Source: Oscillospiraceae bacterium (GTDB lineage Bacteria; Bacillota; Clostridia; Oscillospirales; Oscillospiraceae). From it: 64,000 nt of DNA. A model generated the notes under the pieces. It was not told where the DNA came from. It did no database searches and was given only the letters and a program-made list of their open reading frames with translations. The position numbers and the translations under genes were made by a program. Shown one piece after another: positions 1 to 9,900 of the stretch. The number at the start of each line of letters is the position of its first letter. Positions within the stretch are counted from its first letter, which is position 1. Location of the stretch: the NCBI GenBank assembly GCA_017619715.1, contig JAFZRS010000008.1, forward strand, positions 14,934 to 78,933. Direction: 5' to 3'.

Positions 1-331
1 CATATCTTTTGTATGTGGCGGAAATCGCCGGCGCTGAAAAGAACAGCGCCGCATATACCAGCAGCGAGATCACCAATCCGGCGTAGAACATGGATGAAAA
101 ATCCAACTCATCCGAGTTCTTTTTCTGCACAAGTGATGCTCCCAGACCGTTCACAGCCAGCACATTGGCAATATTGATAAAAATAGTCACAAAAGCGATG
201 ATGCCGTATTCAGTTGGAGACAAGCGTCTCGCCAATACGATGGAGACGACCAGGCTGATCATCTGGGCAAGAAACCTCTCGGAAAAATGCCAGAAAAGCC
301 CCCCTATCGTCTTTTCCTTCATGTTATCCAT
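1..331 (-). CDS. wzx: Wzx-type polysaccharide flippase (5' part only; gene runs off the window edge)
   Basis: Manual translation from ATG at 331: MDNMKEKTIGGLFWHFSERFLAQMISLVVSIVLARRLSPTEYGIIAFVTIF...GLGASLVQKK, the typical N-terminus of MOP-superfamily flippases. It is absent from the ORF track because it is truncated. Confidence 0.8.
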   Translation of the reverse strand, partial: MDNMKEKTIGGLFWHFSERFLAQMISLVVSIVLARRLSPTEYGIIAFVTIFINIANVLAVNGLGASLVQKKNSDELDFSSMFYAGLVISLLVYAALFFSAPAISATYKRY

Positions 332-350
332 GTCGCTTAACTAATCCTCG

Positions 351-1490
351 TCAACGTACTCCGCCTTTACCGGTGAGCTCCTCAATGCGCTGTGCGATGA
401 TCTCGCCGGCATGCCCTTCATCAAAAGAGCCATAGGCGCCCATAAACTCTTCCACAGCCTCCTGCTTCCTCCCTATGCCTGAAAAAACCACCTCGTTCAG
501 TGTATCCTCTGTTTCCGCAAGAGGGAACGGCAAACGGTAGAAAATAGGCTTCAAACCACGCGCAGCATCATATTGCGCTATATCCGAAGCATACAGAATA
601 ACAGGCTTTCCCAAAATGGCAAAATCGAAGATCGATGTGGAATAATCCGTCACCAACAGATCTGCCGCCAACAAAAGCTCCTGCATATCGGGATAATGGG
701 AGGCATTGATGATCTGCGGTGAATACGTAATTTCCGCCGCCCACTTTTCAATGTTGGGATGCAGACGTATCAACAGCACCGCGTCACGGTTCACTGCGGC
801 AGCGCAACTTTTGCGAAATCGCTCAAAGTCAATCATAAAGGGACGAATGTCGTTGTTATCACGAAACGTGGGTGCGTACAGCACTAAGTATTTCTCCGAA
901 GCTACACCCAAAGTCTCTCGAATCTGCTGCCGGAAAGCGGCGTCGTCTTTGTGCCGGATCAGCACGTCGTTCCGGGGATAACCGCACTCCAGGATCTCAC
1001 CCCCGTACCAGAAGCAGCGGCGGAATTCTTCCGTCTGAAAGGCACTGTTGGAAATGAGGAGATCCGTTATGGCGCCATCGCGTTTGGCATCTGCCACGTA
1101 ATGCGCGGGCAGTTTATCCTGTGCATCCATCTCAATCTTTTTCAGTGAAAAGGATGCATGCCACGTCTGAATATAGAATTGTGACGGCTTTTTCCTGATC
1201 CCCTTGTCAATACGCGCGTTGTCCACCCACACGCGGGCAGTGGCAAGCTCCCAGTAGCTTCGCAGCGACCGATATTTGACCGGGGTAACACCTGGCGGAA
1301 ATGATCCTGCAGGGTCGTCCGTCAACCAGATCAGACGCAGACCGACACGGCGCTCCAACAAAGTCTGGCAGATATACTTGGGGTTATCTCCGTATCCCTT
1401 GCCGGCAAAGTTCAAAAACACCACTTTGTCCCGCCGCACGTGAAGAAACGACAGAGTATACCGCACGGCGGATTTTACATACTGCAGCAT
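351..1490 (-). CDS. CDP-glycerol/ribitol phosphotransferase, TagF/TagB family
   Basis: Motifs YGDNPK, QTWHA, YAPTFR, RLHP and TDYST; GAGGT RBS upstream. Confidence 0.85.
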   Translation of the reverse strand: MLQYVKSAVRYTLSFLHVRRDKVVFLNFAGKGYGDNPKYICQTLLERRVGLRLIWLTDDPAGSFPPGVTPVKYRSLRSYWELATARVWVDNARIDKGIRKKPSQFYIQTWHASFSLKKIEMDAQDKLPAHYVADAKRDGAITDLLISNSAFQTEEFRRCFWYGGEILECGYPRNDVLIRHKDDAAFRQQIRETLGVASEKYLVLYAPTFRDNNDIRPFMIDFERFRKSCAAAVNRDAVLLIRLHPNIEKWAAEITYSPQIINASHYPDMQELLLAADLLVTDYSTSIFDFAILGKPVILYASDIAQYDAARGLKPIFYRLPFPLAETEDTLNEVVFSGIGRKQEAVEEFMGAYGSFDEGHAGEIIAQRIEELTGKGGVR

Positions 1491-1527
1491 ACCTCATTCA
1501 CCCCGTCTTTCTCTTTCACTTCCACCC

Positions 1528-2532
1528 TCACCCTGCGCCAATGTGCTTGCGCAGCAATGTACAAAAAGACATGCAGCCGCGCCGCAGCAGTACATAATAA
1601 GCGCGGTGGGCGACGCCTCTGCGGCGCATATACGCACGTAGGCAGATCCGGCTCTCCTCTGTATGCAGCAGCTCGGCGCAAATCTGCCGTTTCTCACCGG
1701 CACCGAGCTGCAGCCGCAACAGCTTATTCGTCTCCTCAAAGATCATGTTCCCTATAAACACCCGGATATCCTCTCGGTCTACGCTCTTGACATCAGCAAT
1801 ATGCAGCAGCGTACGGTAGAGCTCCAGAATGTTTTGGATCTGGCCGCGTTTATACGTATTGACAATAGAGGTCTTGTTGTGCATGTAGTGGTAGAAGGGC
1901 GTCTCATGCAAAACCGCCACGCACCGACAATCCGGCAGAACCGCCACGTTGGTATTCACGTCTTCCCCCAGAGATATCTTTGTGTTCAAAAGAGGCAGTG
2001 CATTTATCAGCAGCTCCCGTCTGTACAGCTTATCCCACCGACAGTAGGAAATGGGGTTATCCTCCAAAAGAAAAGCATTGAGATACAGACCTGTCAGCTT
2101 TCTGATCTCCTCCTCGCCCGCATAGACCGTATCGTGAGAGCGAGGCAGGACTTGATCGCCTTCGTCGCTTTCATAGACATAACGACCCACCACCATGTCG
2201 GCCTGCCGGCGGCAGATGTTTTCATATAATACCTCAAAAAAATCCGGATCGACCCAGTCGTCACTGTCCACAAACCCGATATACGGCGCACTCGCCCGTT
2301 TCACGCCCTCGATCCACGCCGACATCAGCCCGCCGTTCTCCTTATGAACAACAACGATCCGCGGATCACTTTCCATAAACCGCCGGCACCGTTCCATGGA
2401 GCCGTCTTTCGTACCGTCGTTGACCAGAATGATCTCTATATCCCGCAGCGTCTGTCCTGTCACCGATGCCAGACACCGCTCCACATATTCTTCCACATTA
2501 TAAATGGGTATCACGACAGAAATTTTACTCAT
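1528..2532 (-). CDS. Family 2 glycosyltransferase
   Basis: MSKISVVIPIYNVE...NDGTKD...GFVDSDD; start moved to ATG 2532, which overlaps the upstream stop (ATGA). Confidence 0.85.
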   Translation of the reverse strand: MSKISVVIPIYNVEEYVERCLASVTGQTLRDIEIILVNDGTKDGSMERCRRFMESDPRIVVVHKENGGLMSAWIEGVKRASAPYIGFVDSDDWVDPDFFEVLYENICRRQADMVVGRYVYESDEGDQVLPRSHDTVYAGEEEIRKLTGLYLNAFLLEDNPISYCRWDKLYRRELLINALPLLNTKISLGEDVNTNVAVLPDCRCVAVLHETPFYHYMHNKTSIVNTYKRGQIQNILELYRTLLHIADVKSVDREDIRVFIGNMIFEETNKLLRLQLGAGEKRQICAELLHTEESRICLRAYMRRRGVAHRAYYVLLRRGCMSFCTLLRKHIGAG

Positions 2533-3470
2533 AAGCGCTCCTCCTGCCCACATCTGCGCCCGGTCCGGCACAACAGCAGCATGCGCTTGATCCGGGCGCG
2601 CAGCGTCAGATACCGCAAATCGTCGATCAGTGCGCACACCGCCTTGCCGTCTATATCCACTTCGTCGGTTTTCATAGCTTCATAGGCAAGCTCCACAATC
2701 GTAGATTCCACCGGGCGAAGTCCTGACGGAGCTTCTTCCTTCAATCGGCATGCGATGGTCCATACGCTTTGATAATGCCGTTTGTCCAGAGAGTGCATAA
2801 TGGAATTGCGGCGCATACGGTAACGGTAGAACACAGAGGGATAGACCCGTACCGTCTCCGCCGCCAGATACACCTGAAAAGAAAAAAGCGTGTCCTCATG
2901 CAGCAGTCCCGGGCAAAACCGAACGCTGTACTCTTGGAGAAATGCTCTGCGGTAAAGCTGTGTACAAACCTCCACATCTATTTCATCTGTAAAGGGGTCA
3001 AACGCGCGGCACATATATTCTGTCCCGCTGACGGCATCTCTCCCCGCCAGGCGGCGCTTGCCCCGGCTGACGGCGTGCGCTTGGATCTCACCCTCCACGT
3101 CTTTGGCATACTGGGCAACCGCCACGTCCGCACCGTCTGCCCACGCGCTGCGCCAGAAGGCGTCAAGCTCTTCGGCGATCACATAGTCATCACTGTCCAG
3201 AAACAGGACGTATTCCCCTTGTGCCAGATCCAGCCCTGTATTGCGGGCGGCAGACAGTCCCTGATTCGGCTGCTCTGTGGCAACGATCAAGTCGGGATAC
3301 CGGTGCGCATATTCACGGACGATCTCTCCGCTGCGGTCGGTAGAACCGTCGTTGACCAACACCACCTCATAGCTGTCAATCGGTAGCTCGACCACCGAAT
3401 GCAGGCACTGGGGCAGATATTTTTCCACGTTATACACCGGAATGATGATGCTGAGCTTTTTGCCGTTCAC
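2529..3470 (-). CDS. Family 2 glycosyltransferase
   Basis: KKLSIIIPVYNVE...NDGSTD...ARNTGL...FLDSDD; GTG start at 3470 overlaps the upstream stop (GTGA). Confidence 0.85.
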   Translation of the reverse strand: MNGKKLSIIIPVYNVEKYLPQCLHSVVELPIDSYEVVLVNDGSTDRSGEIVREYAHRYPDLIVATEQPNQGLSAARNTGLDLAQGEYVLFLDSDDYVIAEELDAFWRSAWADGADVAVAQYAKDVEGEIQAHAVSRGKRRLAGRDAVSGTEYMCRAFDPFTDEIDVEVCTQLYRRAFLQEYSVRFCPGLLHEDTLFSFQVYLAAETVRVYPSVFYRYRMRRNSIMHSLDKRHYQSVWTIACRLKEEAPSGLRPVESTIVELAYEAMKTDEVDIDGKAVCALIDDLRYLTLRARIKRMLLLCRTGRRCGQEERL

Positions 3471-4435
3471 GCCTTGCTCCTTCTCATATACCACTCGTGC
3501 AGCCTTGCATACGCCCGGTTCAATCCCCACAGGCGATGTGCCGCCAAAAAATAGTAGATCCTTTTTTTCAGGTCTGCGTCCTGCAAATAACGGTTGCACC
3601 GCCACCGGGGATACGCTTTTTCAAAGGCGTCAATCTGTTCCCTCACCTCATACTGCGGCATCCCTGCCTTAAAGGCGTTGAGCGTAAAGCCGTAAATCAC
3701 GTTTTTGATCCCGTTATACTCAAGCTCCGCCTGCATGGATGAATCTACTTCCTTTTCCTGAAAACGGAATGCGTCAATAAAGCTGAAACACTCTTCCCGG
3801 GAAACTCCCTGGGACAGTGAATCACCGTGCACCAAATAATAGTAAAGGGCCTCGTCCACATAGGAAAAGGTCTTGGCGCGGGAGATCACCACCGGCACGA
3901 TTGCCAAATCCTCTCCGTGGTAAATATCAGGTATTTGCAGTCCGTGGAACAACTGGCGGTGAACCGCCAGATTGCACAATGAACCGTCGTTCACTGCTGC
4001 GAGATACGACACGGAGTTTACTTTATCCCGGTCTATTCTGGTATAAGGCGCGGTATGTCCGTCCGGCGTGGTGAGGGCAATGCGACATATCGCCAAATCC
4101 TTCCCGCCCGATAATGCGTTTGCCATTTTTTCCAGAAAAGTATCGGCATACCAGTCGTCGCAATCGCAAAAGCAGAGGTACTCCCCCTTCGCCGCAGCGA
4201 TCCCGCGGTTGCGGGCAGCACCCGGTCCCGCATTCTCTTCCTGCGCGATAATCTGTACGGAGAAAGGCGCCTGCTCCCGAAAGGTCTCCAGTTTTTTCAA
4301 GGTGCCGTCAATCGAGCAGTCGTCCACGAAGACAGCCTCCAGATCCCGGCAGGTCTGCCCTACAAGGGCACTCAGACAGTGATTCAGCTTATGCTCAGCA
4401 TTATAACACGGTACGATCACACTGAATTTCGGCAT
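3467..4435 (-). CDS. Family 2 glycosyltransferase
   Basis: MPKFSVIVPCYNAE...DDCSID...ARNRGI...FCDCDD. Confidence 0.85.
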   Translation of the reverse strand: MPKFSVIVPCYNAEHKLNHCLSALVGQTCRDLEAVFVDDCSIDGTLKKLETFREQAPFSVQIIAQEENAGPGAARNRGIAAAKGEYLCFCDCDDWYADTFLEKMANALSGGKDLAICRIALTTPDGHTAPYTRIDRDKVNSVSYLAAVNDGSLCNLAVHRQLFHGLQIPDIYHGEDLAIVPVVISRAKTFSYVDEALYYYLVHGDSLSQGVSREECFSFIDAFRFQEKEVDSSMQAELEYNGIKNVIYGFTLNAFKAGMPQYEVREQIDAFEKAYPRWRCNRYLQDADLKKRIYYFLAAHRLWGLNRAYARLHEWYMRRSKA

Positions 4436-4445
4436 TCCCTATCCC

Positions 4446-5435
4446 TCATTTTTTTAATTGGAACAGCCCTACCAGCGTCCCCGCGCCATAGCTGAGGTGT
4501 ATCAGCAAGAAAAGAACCGGCAGCAACAGATACAGGATATTCCGACCGGGATCGGCTGTCAGTGCGATTCCCGCGGTAACCGCGGCAAAGAGCGCATAGA
4601 GACCCCACAGCAATGCTCCAAGCTGCCAGATACCCAAACCTGCCAGAACGCCAGTAAACAAAATGCCCAGAACAAACAGCGCCGGCACCAGATAGAACCA
4701 CGATACGGATCCCGGTGTGACGAACAATGTTCTGGCAATCCAGTAGCCATTTTGATATTTCTGACGCAGCATACTCCTGAGTGTGTTGCGGGTGTGCTGA
4801 TAGGAGATAATATCCGGGTGAAACCAGATGACAAAACCAGCCCGGCGGATCCGGTAGTGCATATCGTTGTCCTCCGTACGGCGGAGGGACTCGTTATACC
4901 GCCCCACCCGGTCAAAAACCTCCCGGCGATATGCGCCGTGGAAAACGGAATCCACTTGCCGGTCCGTGCCGTTTCTGCGGAAATCGGCTATGCTGCTGCC
5001 GAAAACGGAGCTTTCCGCTGCCAAAAGGGTACTCTTCCACGGTGTGTCCTCATCTATGATATTGGGACGGTAACCGCCGCAGACGTCCTCGCCTGCCTCC
5101 AGATGCGCCACATTTCTTTCCAGAAAATCCGGCGGCATCTCAGCGTGCGCGTCCACACGCACCACAGCATCGCCGGAGTAATGCTCCAATACCACGTTCC
5201 AGCCGCACGGAAGCGTCCGTCCCGGGTTGTCCAACACCAGAATCTTCTCAAATTCGGCGCCGCAGCGCCTTTGGAAATCAAAAAAAAGATCTTTGGTTCC
5301 GTCTGTAGACAGCCCGTCCACCAGAATAACCTCTATATCCCGATGGGGATACGTCTGCTCACGCAAATTCTCCAGCAGACGCCCAATCGTTTTTTCCTCA
5401 TTGAATGCTACGACGCAAAATGTGATCCGCATCAT
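4446..5435 (-). CDS. Family 2 glycosyltransferase with C-terminal membrane helices (ExoA-like)
   Basis: VVAFNEE, DGLSTDGT, RVDAH and RTEDND motifs with a hydrophobic C-terminus; ATGA overlap with the upstream gene. Confidence 0.85.
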   Translation of the reverse strand: MMRITFCVVAFNEEKTIGRLLENLREQTYPHRDIEVILVDGLSTDGTKDLFFDFQRRCGAEFEKILVLDNPGRTLPCGWNVVLEHYSGDAVVRVDAHAEMPPDFLERNVAHLEAGEDVCGGYRPNIIDEDTPWKSTLLAAESSVFGSSIADFRRNGTDRQVDSVFHGAYRREVFDRVGRYNESLRRTEDNDMHYRIRRAGFVIWFHPDIISYQHTRNTLRSMLRQKYQNGYWIARTLFVTPGSVSWFYLVPALFVLGILFTGVLAGLGIWQLGALLWGLYALFAAVTAGIALTADPGRNILYLLLPVLFLLIHLSYGAGTLVGLFQLKK

Positions 5436-6139
5436 CGCTCCTCCGCACGATCCGTCCTCTCCAGTATGGCGCACACCGTTTTCCACATAACGCGCAAGTC
5501 TGCCCCGCAGGAAAAATCCCGCAGCGCTGCAAGGTTATATTGCATCTTCTGCGGCAGGACTTCCTCTATATACACCCGATCCGCGTCCTGGGCACCGTGC
5601 AGCAACTCCGCCTCATCTTTATAGAGGATGGACGCCTGTGACGTAATACCCGCCGGGAGAAGCAGTGTCGCGTACATCTCCGGGGTGTAATGCTCAACGT
5701 ATTTCGGCACTTCAGGACGCGTTCCCACCAGTGTCATACTGCCTGCCAGCACGTCGAGCAGTTGTCCCAGCTCGTCCAGACGGCACGCACGGATCAAACG
5801 CCCCACCCGGGTCACACGGGAGTCGTGATCTACCGTCACCTGCGTACCCAAACGGTCCGCCCCGTCTATCATGGAGCGAAACTTATGAATGCGGAACAGC
5901 CGCCCGTACTGCGTTACCCGCGTCTGGCGGTAGAAAACAGGTCCTTTGGAATCCAGCCGGATCGCCAGCGCCAAAAGGAGAAACAACGGCGAGAACAAAA
6001 GCAGCAGGAACAGCGACATAACCACATCAAATATTCGCTTGATCAGCAGCATGCGACGCCTGCTCCACAGCACGTCGTAATACTCTCTGCACGCCGCCGT
6101 CCGCATCAGGTCGGGCAGCTCCTCCCAACGCTTCAGCAT
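5432..6139 (-). CDS. Initiating undecaprenyl-phosphate sugar-1-phosphate transferase (small Bac_transf type)
   Basis: KRIFD, KFRSM, RLDELGQL and VGTRPE motifs; one N-terminal TM helix. Confidence 0.9.
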   Translation of the reverse strand: MLKRWEELPDLMRTAACREYYDVLWSRRRMLLIKRIFDVVMSLFLLLLFSPLFLLLALAIRLDSKGPVFYRQTRVTQYGRLFRIHKFRSMIDGADRLGTQVTVDHDSRVTRVGRLIRACRLDELGQLLDVLAGSMTLVGTRPEVPKYVEHYTPEMYATLLLPAGITSQASILYKDEAELLHGAQDADRVYIEEVLPQKMQYNLAALRDFSCGADLRVMWKTVCAILERTDRAEER

Positions 6140-7362
6140 TCAATCACCTGCGCCAGTACAGCGCGATAGGACTCAATCACATAGTCCACCTGCTCATCTG
6201 TCAGGCAGGTGTGAATGGGGAGCGTAATCTCGTTGGCAAAAAAGGCATACGCATGGGGATAATCGGCTATGTCAAAGCCCAGGTTCTTATAGGCGGTGTG
6301 CATGGGCAGCGGCTTATAATGCACATTGCAGATAACGCCGCGTTCCGCCATTTTTATGATGATATCGTTGCGCTGCTCCGGTGTGATACCCGGTACCCGC
6401 GTGATATAGAGATGACCGGAGGAGGCATAGTCGTCCGTATAGTGGGGCATGACCTCCACGCCAAGAGCCCGGAAGGCATCATCATACCGGCCGATAATCT
6501 CCCGGCGCCGCTCCAACAAGGCGGGATACCGCTCCAGTTGGGCAAGACCGATGGCGGCGGCAATATCAGTCATGTTGCACTTGTACCAAGTGCCCATAAT
6601 ATCATATTCCCACGCACCCAGCTTCGTTTTTGCCAGCGCATCTTTATTTTGTCCATGCAGACTGAAAAGCTGCAGCTTCCGGTAGATCTCCTCATCATCC
6701 ACACCGGCGATGGGACGCCAAGTAACGGCACCGCCTTCAGCCGTGGTAAAATTCTTCACGGCGTGAAAGCTGAAATTGGTGAAATCCGCCTTTGCGCCGA
6801 TCCTTTTCCCATGCCACACGGTTCCAAACGCGTGCGCCGCGTCCTCTACGATCGCCACACGACCGATGGCGCGCTGCAGTGCGCCGTTGGGAGAAAACAG
6901 CGCCTTCTTACGCTCTAAAATGGCCAGAAGCCTGTCATAATCGCACGGCAAGCCACCCAAATCCACCGGAATGATCGCCTTCGTGCGCTCTGTAATGGCA
7001 CGCTCCAACGCATCATAATCCATCAGGGGGCTGTCCTTCTGGCAGTCCACCAGCACAATCTCGGCACCTACATGTCGAATGACCGACGCACTGGCAGTGT
7101 ATGTATACGCACAGGTAATTACCTCATCGCCCGGTCCGATCTCCAAAAGGCGTAATACCATCTCGGCGCAGGCCGTCTGGGAATTGAGGCAGACGCACCC
7201 GGGAACGTCCAGCCAGTCGGCTATCTTCTGCTCCAGCTCCTTGGTGCGCGGCCCCGTGGTGATCCAACCGGAGCGCAGTGCCTCCGTTACATATGCAATC
7301 TCCTTTTCAGAAATATCAGGCGGTGAAAAGGGAATATTCATTTTGGCCGGTTGTTCGCTCAT
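6133..7362 (-). CDS. DegT/DnrJ/EryC1/StrS PLP-dependent nucleotide-sugar aminotransferase
   Basis: NIPFSPPDI, GWITTGP, EDAAHA and SFHAVKNFTTAEGG (PLP lysine); GGAGG RBS before ATG 7362. Confidence 0.92.
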   Translation of the reverse strand: MSEQPAKMNIPFSPPDISEKEIAYVTEALRSGWITTGPRTKELEQKIADWLDVPGCVCLNSQTACAEMVLRLLEIGPGDEVITCAYTYTASASVIRHVGAEIVLVDCQKDSPLMDYDALERAITERTKAIIPVDLGGLPCDYDRLLAILERKKALFSPNGALQRAIGRVAIVEDAAHAFGTVWHGKRIGAKADFTNFSFHAVKNFTTAEGGAVTWRPIAGVDDEEIYRKLQLFSLHGQNKDALAKTKLGAWEYDIMGTWYKCNMTDIAAAIGLAQLERYPALLERRREIIGRYDDAFRALGVEVMPHYTDDYASSGHLYITRVPGITPEQRNDIIIKMAERGVICNVHYKPLPMHTAYKNLGFDIADYPHAYAFFANEITLPIHTCLTDEQVDYVIESYRAVLAQVIEC

Positions 7363-7501
7363 CAAAAAAGTCCCTCCAGATATCCACATTGTGCCCATCA
7401 AATAAACGCTTTTGTCCTCTTTACCTGCGGAAGCTGTGCGGCATTCGGCAATGCACGGCTGCTATTTTGCAAAAGGCATAACACCTCAAATAATCACGGA
7501 A

Positions 7502-7530
7502 ATTATACCACAAACCCCAATATATAGCAA
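7502..7530 (-). promoter_or_regulatory. SigA-type promoter of the polysaccharide operon
   Basis: TTGCTA-17 nt-TATAAT with extended -10 TG on the minus strand. Confidence 0.65.
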
Positions 7531-7613
7531 GCCTTTTTTTGCCGCAGGTTGCGCCGTGCATCCTTGCATATCTGCGTTTTGTCCGACGGATCTTTTGCCG
7601 CGTTTTTCTTGTG

Positions 7614-7642
7614 TTGTCAAGCCGATGGTCTTGGTGTATAAT
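7614..7642 (+). promoter_or_regulatory. SigA-type promoter of galE-hom
   Basis: TTGTCA-17 nt-TATAAT. Confidence 0.7.
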
Positions 7643-7708
7643 AAATTGAGTATTTTTGGGGTGAGGTTTTCCGTTTCCTGCCCCTTTTACAAAGGAGTTT
7701 GTGCTTTT

Positions 7709-8722
7709 ATGAAAAAAAACATTCTGTTACCCGGCGGCGCCGGCTTTATCGGTTCCCACGTGGCGGCGGAGCTTTTGACGCGCGGTTACGACGTGGTCAT
7801 CGTAGATGACCTGTCCAATGCCCGGGCGGACGTGATCGACCGGCTGGAACGTATTACCGGCGTACGTCCCGCGTTCTACCGGATCGATGCGGCGGACAAA
7901 CCTGCGCTGGAGCAGGTGTTTGCCGAGAACGCCATCGACGCGGTGATCCATTTTGCCGGATACAAGGCGGTGGGTGAGTCGGTGGCGAAACCGGTATCCT
8001 ACTACCGCAACAACCTGGATACCACACTTACGCTGTTGGAAACCATGTCCGACCACGGCGTCAAGGAACTGATTTTCAGTTCCTCCGCCACGGTATACGG
8101 TGTGGACAACCCCGCCCCCTACACCGAGGATATGCCCCGGGGCGGCTGCACCAACCCCTACGGCTGGACAAAGGCGATGATCGAGCAGATCCTGCAGGAT
8201 GCCTGCGTGGCTGATCCTGCGCTGCGGGTGGTGTGTCTTCGCTACTTCAATCCCGTGGGCGCCCATGAGAGCGGTCTGATCGGGGAGATGCCCAACGGCA
8301 TTCCCAATAACCTCATGCCCTATATCACCCAGACCGCCGCCGGGATCCGCAAGGAGCTGTCGGTATTCGGCAACGACTATCCTACGCCGGACGGCACCGG
8401 TGTGCGGGATTTTATCCACGTGGTGGATCTGGCGAAGGGGCACGTGGCGGCGCTCTCCTACGCGGACGCTCACCCGGGCTGGGAAGCCATTAACCTTGGC
8501 ACCGGCTGCGGCACCAGCGTTTTGGAGCTGGTGGGGACGTTCGCCTCTGTCAATGACATCTCCGTTCCCTATCGCATTGCACCGCGGCGCAGCGGCGATC
8601 TGGCGGTGTGTTACGCCGCCACGGACAAGGCGCGCCGCCTTCTGGGCTGGCAGGCGGAAAAGACCGTTGCCGATATGTGCCGCGACTCCTGGCGCTGGCA
8701 GCAAAGCAGCGCCAAACTGTGA
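7709..8722 (+). CDS. galE: UDP-glucose 4-epimerase
   Basis: GGAGFIG, HFAGYKAVGES, SSSATVYG, YGWTK and LRYFNPVGAH; start set at MKKNILL (7709). Confidence 0.95.
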   Translation: MKKNILLPGGAGFIGSHVAAELLTRGYDVVIVDDLSNARADVIDRLERITGVRPAFYRIDAADKPALEQVFAENAIDAVIHFAGYKAVGESVAKPVSYYRNNLDTTLTLLETMSDHGVKELIFSSSATVYGVDNPAPYTEDMPRGGCTNPYGWTKAMIEQILQDACVADPALRVVCLRYFNPVGAHESGLIGEMPNGIPNNLMPYITQTAAGIRKELSVFGNDYPTPDGTGVRDFIHVVDLAKGHVAALSYADAHPGWEAINLGTGCGTSVLELVGTFASVNDISVPYRIAPRRSGDLAVCYAATDKARRLLGWQAEKTVADMCRDSWRWQQSSAKL

Positions 8723-8747
8723 TAATATCTTTCAGGAGGTATATATA

Positions 8748-9887
8748 ATGAACATTGCCCTTCTCGGTTTCGGTGTGGTGGGCGGCGGCGTGTATGAGCT
8801 GTGCCGTAAGCGCACCGACCTGTCCCTCAGGCGCGTATTGGTACGCAGTGATAAGCCGGAGATTGCGTCCATTGCCACACGCAGCTTTGACGATATTCTC
8901 TCCGACCCCTCCATCGACACGGTGGTGGAGGTCATGGGCGGTATTCACCCGGCAAAAGAATATGTCTGCGCGGCGCTCAACGCCGGCAAGCACGTGGTCA
9001 CTGCCAACAAAGCGCTGATCGCCGCCTGTTACGACGAGCTGATTGCGCTGGCGCGGAAAAACGGCGTGGCACTGCGCTGTACGGCGGCGGTGGGCGGCGG
9101 TATTCCGTGGCTTATCAATCTCGAACGCGTCAAGCGGCTGGACAGCCTCTCCCAGGTGGGCGGCATCATGAACGGCACCACCAACTTCATCATGGACGCC
9201 ATGCACGCCGCACCCGTTTCCTTTGCCGATATCCTCAAGAAGGCGCAGGAGTTGGGCTACGCCGAGGCGGATCCCAGCGCCGACATTGACGGCGACGATA
9301 TTCGCCGCAAGCTGGCAATCTCCGCCAATATTGCCTTTGACACGGCGCTCAGCGAAACGGAGATCCCCACCTTCGGTATCCGAACCGTTACCGACGGCGA
9401 TATTGCCTCCTTCCAACGCCGCGGCTTTGTCTGCAAGCTGATCGCCACCGCACTGCGCTGCGAAGACGGCGTATGCGCGTTCGTAGAGCCTACTTTGGTA
9501 TCGCGGCAGGAGCCGGAAGCCGCCGTACCCGCCAACTACAATCTCATCACCTATACCGCCGACGCCATCGGGCGTCAGAGCTTCTTCGGACAAGGCGCCG
9601 GACGTTTCCCCACCGCCGCAAACGTGGTGCAGGACTGTTTGGACGTTCTCGGCGGCAAAACCGCCTTCTATTCCGTGCCCTCTGCGGCGGCGAAGCTGTG
9701 CGCCGACGCGGTGGCGCATCCCTACTACGTCCGCACCGCAGTGATGGATCCGTGGCTCACCTCTATCACGGCGGATCACTGGGAAGGCGGTGTGATCACC
9801 TCTGCCGTGCCGGTGGGACAGATGCTGCGCTGGGCAAAGGAGCGTCTTGCCGCAGATCCCACCTGCTTCATTGCCGGTATCCGGTAA
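8748..9887 (+). CDS. hom: Homoserine dehydrogenase
   Basis: GFGVVGGG, VVTANKA, AVGGGIP, NGTTNFI and GYAEADPSADIDG; AGGAGG RBS. Confidence 0.93.
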   Translation: MNIALLGFGVVGGGVYELCRKRTDLSLRRVLVRSDKPEIASIATRSFDDILSDPSIDTVVEVMGGIHPAKEYVCAALNAGKHVVTANKALIAACYDELIALARKNGVALRCTAAVGGGIPWLINLERVKRLDSLSQVGGIMNGTTNFIMDAMHAAPVSFADILKKAQELGYAEADPSADIDGDDIRRKLAISANIAFDTALSETEIPTFGIRTVTDGDIASFQRRGFVCKLIATALRCEDGVCAFVEPTLVSRQEPEAAVPANYNLITYTADAIGRQSFFGQGAGRFPTAANVVQDCLDVLGGKTAFYSVPSAAAKLCADAVAHPYYVRTAVMDPWLTSITADHWEGGVITSAVPVGQMLRWAKERLAADPTCFIAGIR

Positions 9888-9900
9888 TCTCTCACACACG

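Noticed and set aside
7462-7479. Five-codon leader ORF (MPFAK) in the glycan-operon 5' UTR
   Set aside because: The SD-like GAGGTG is only 2 nt from the ATG and no attenuator structure was seen; likely chance.
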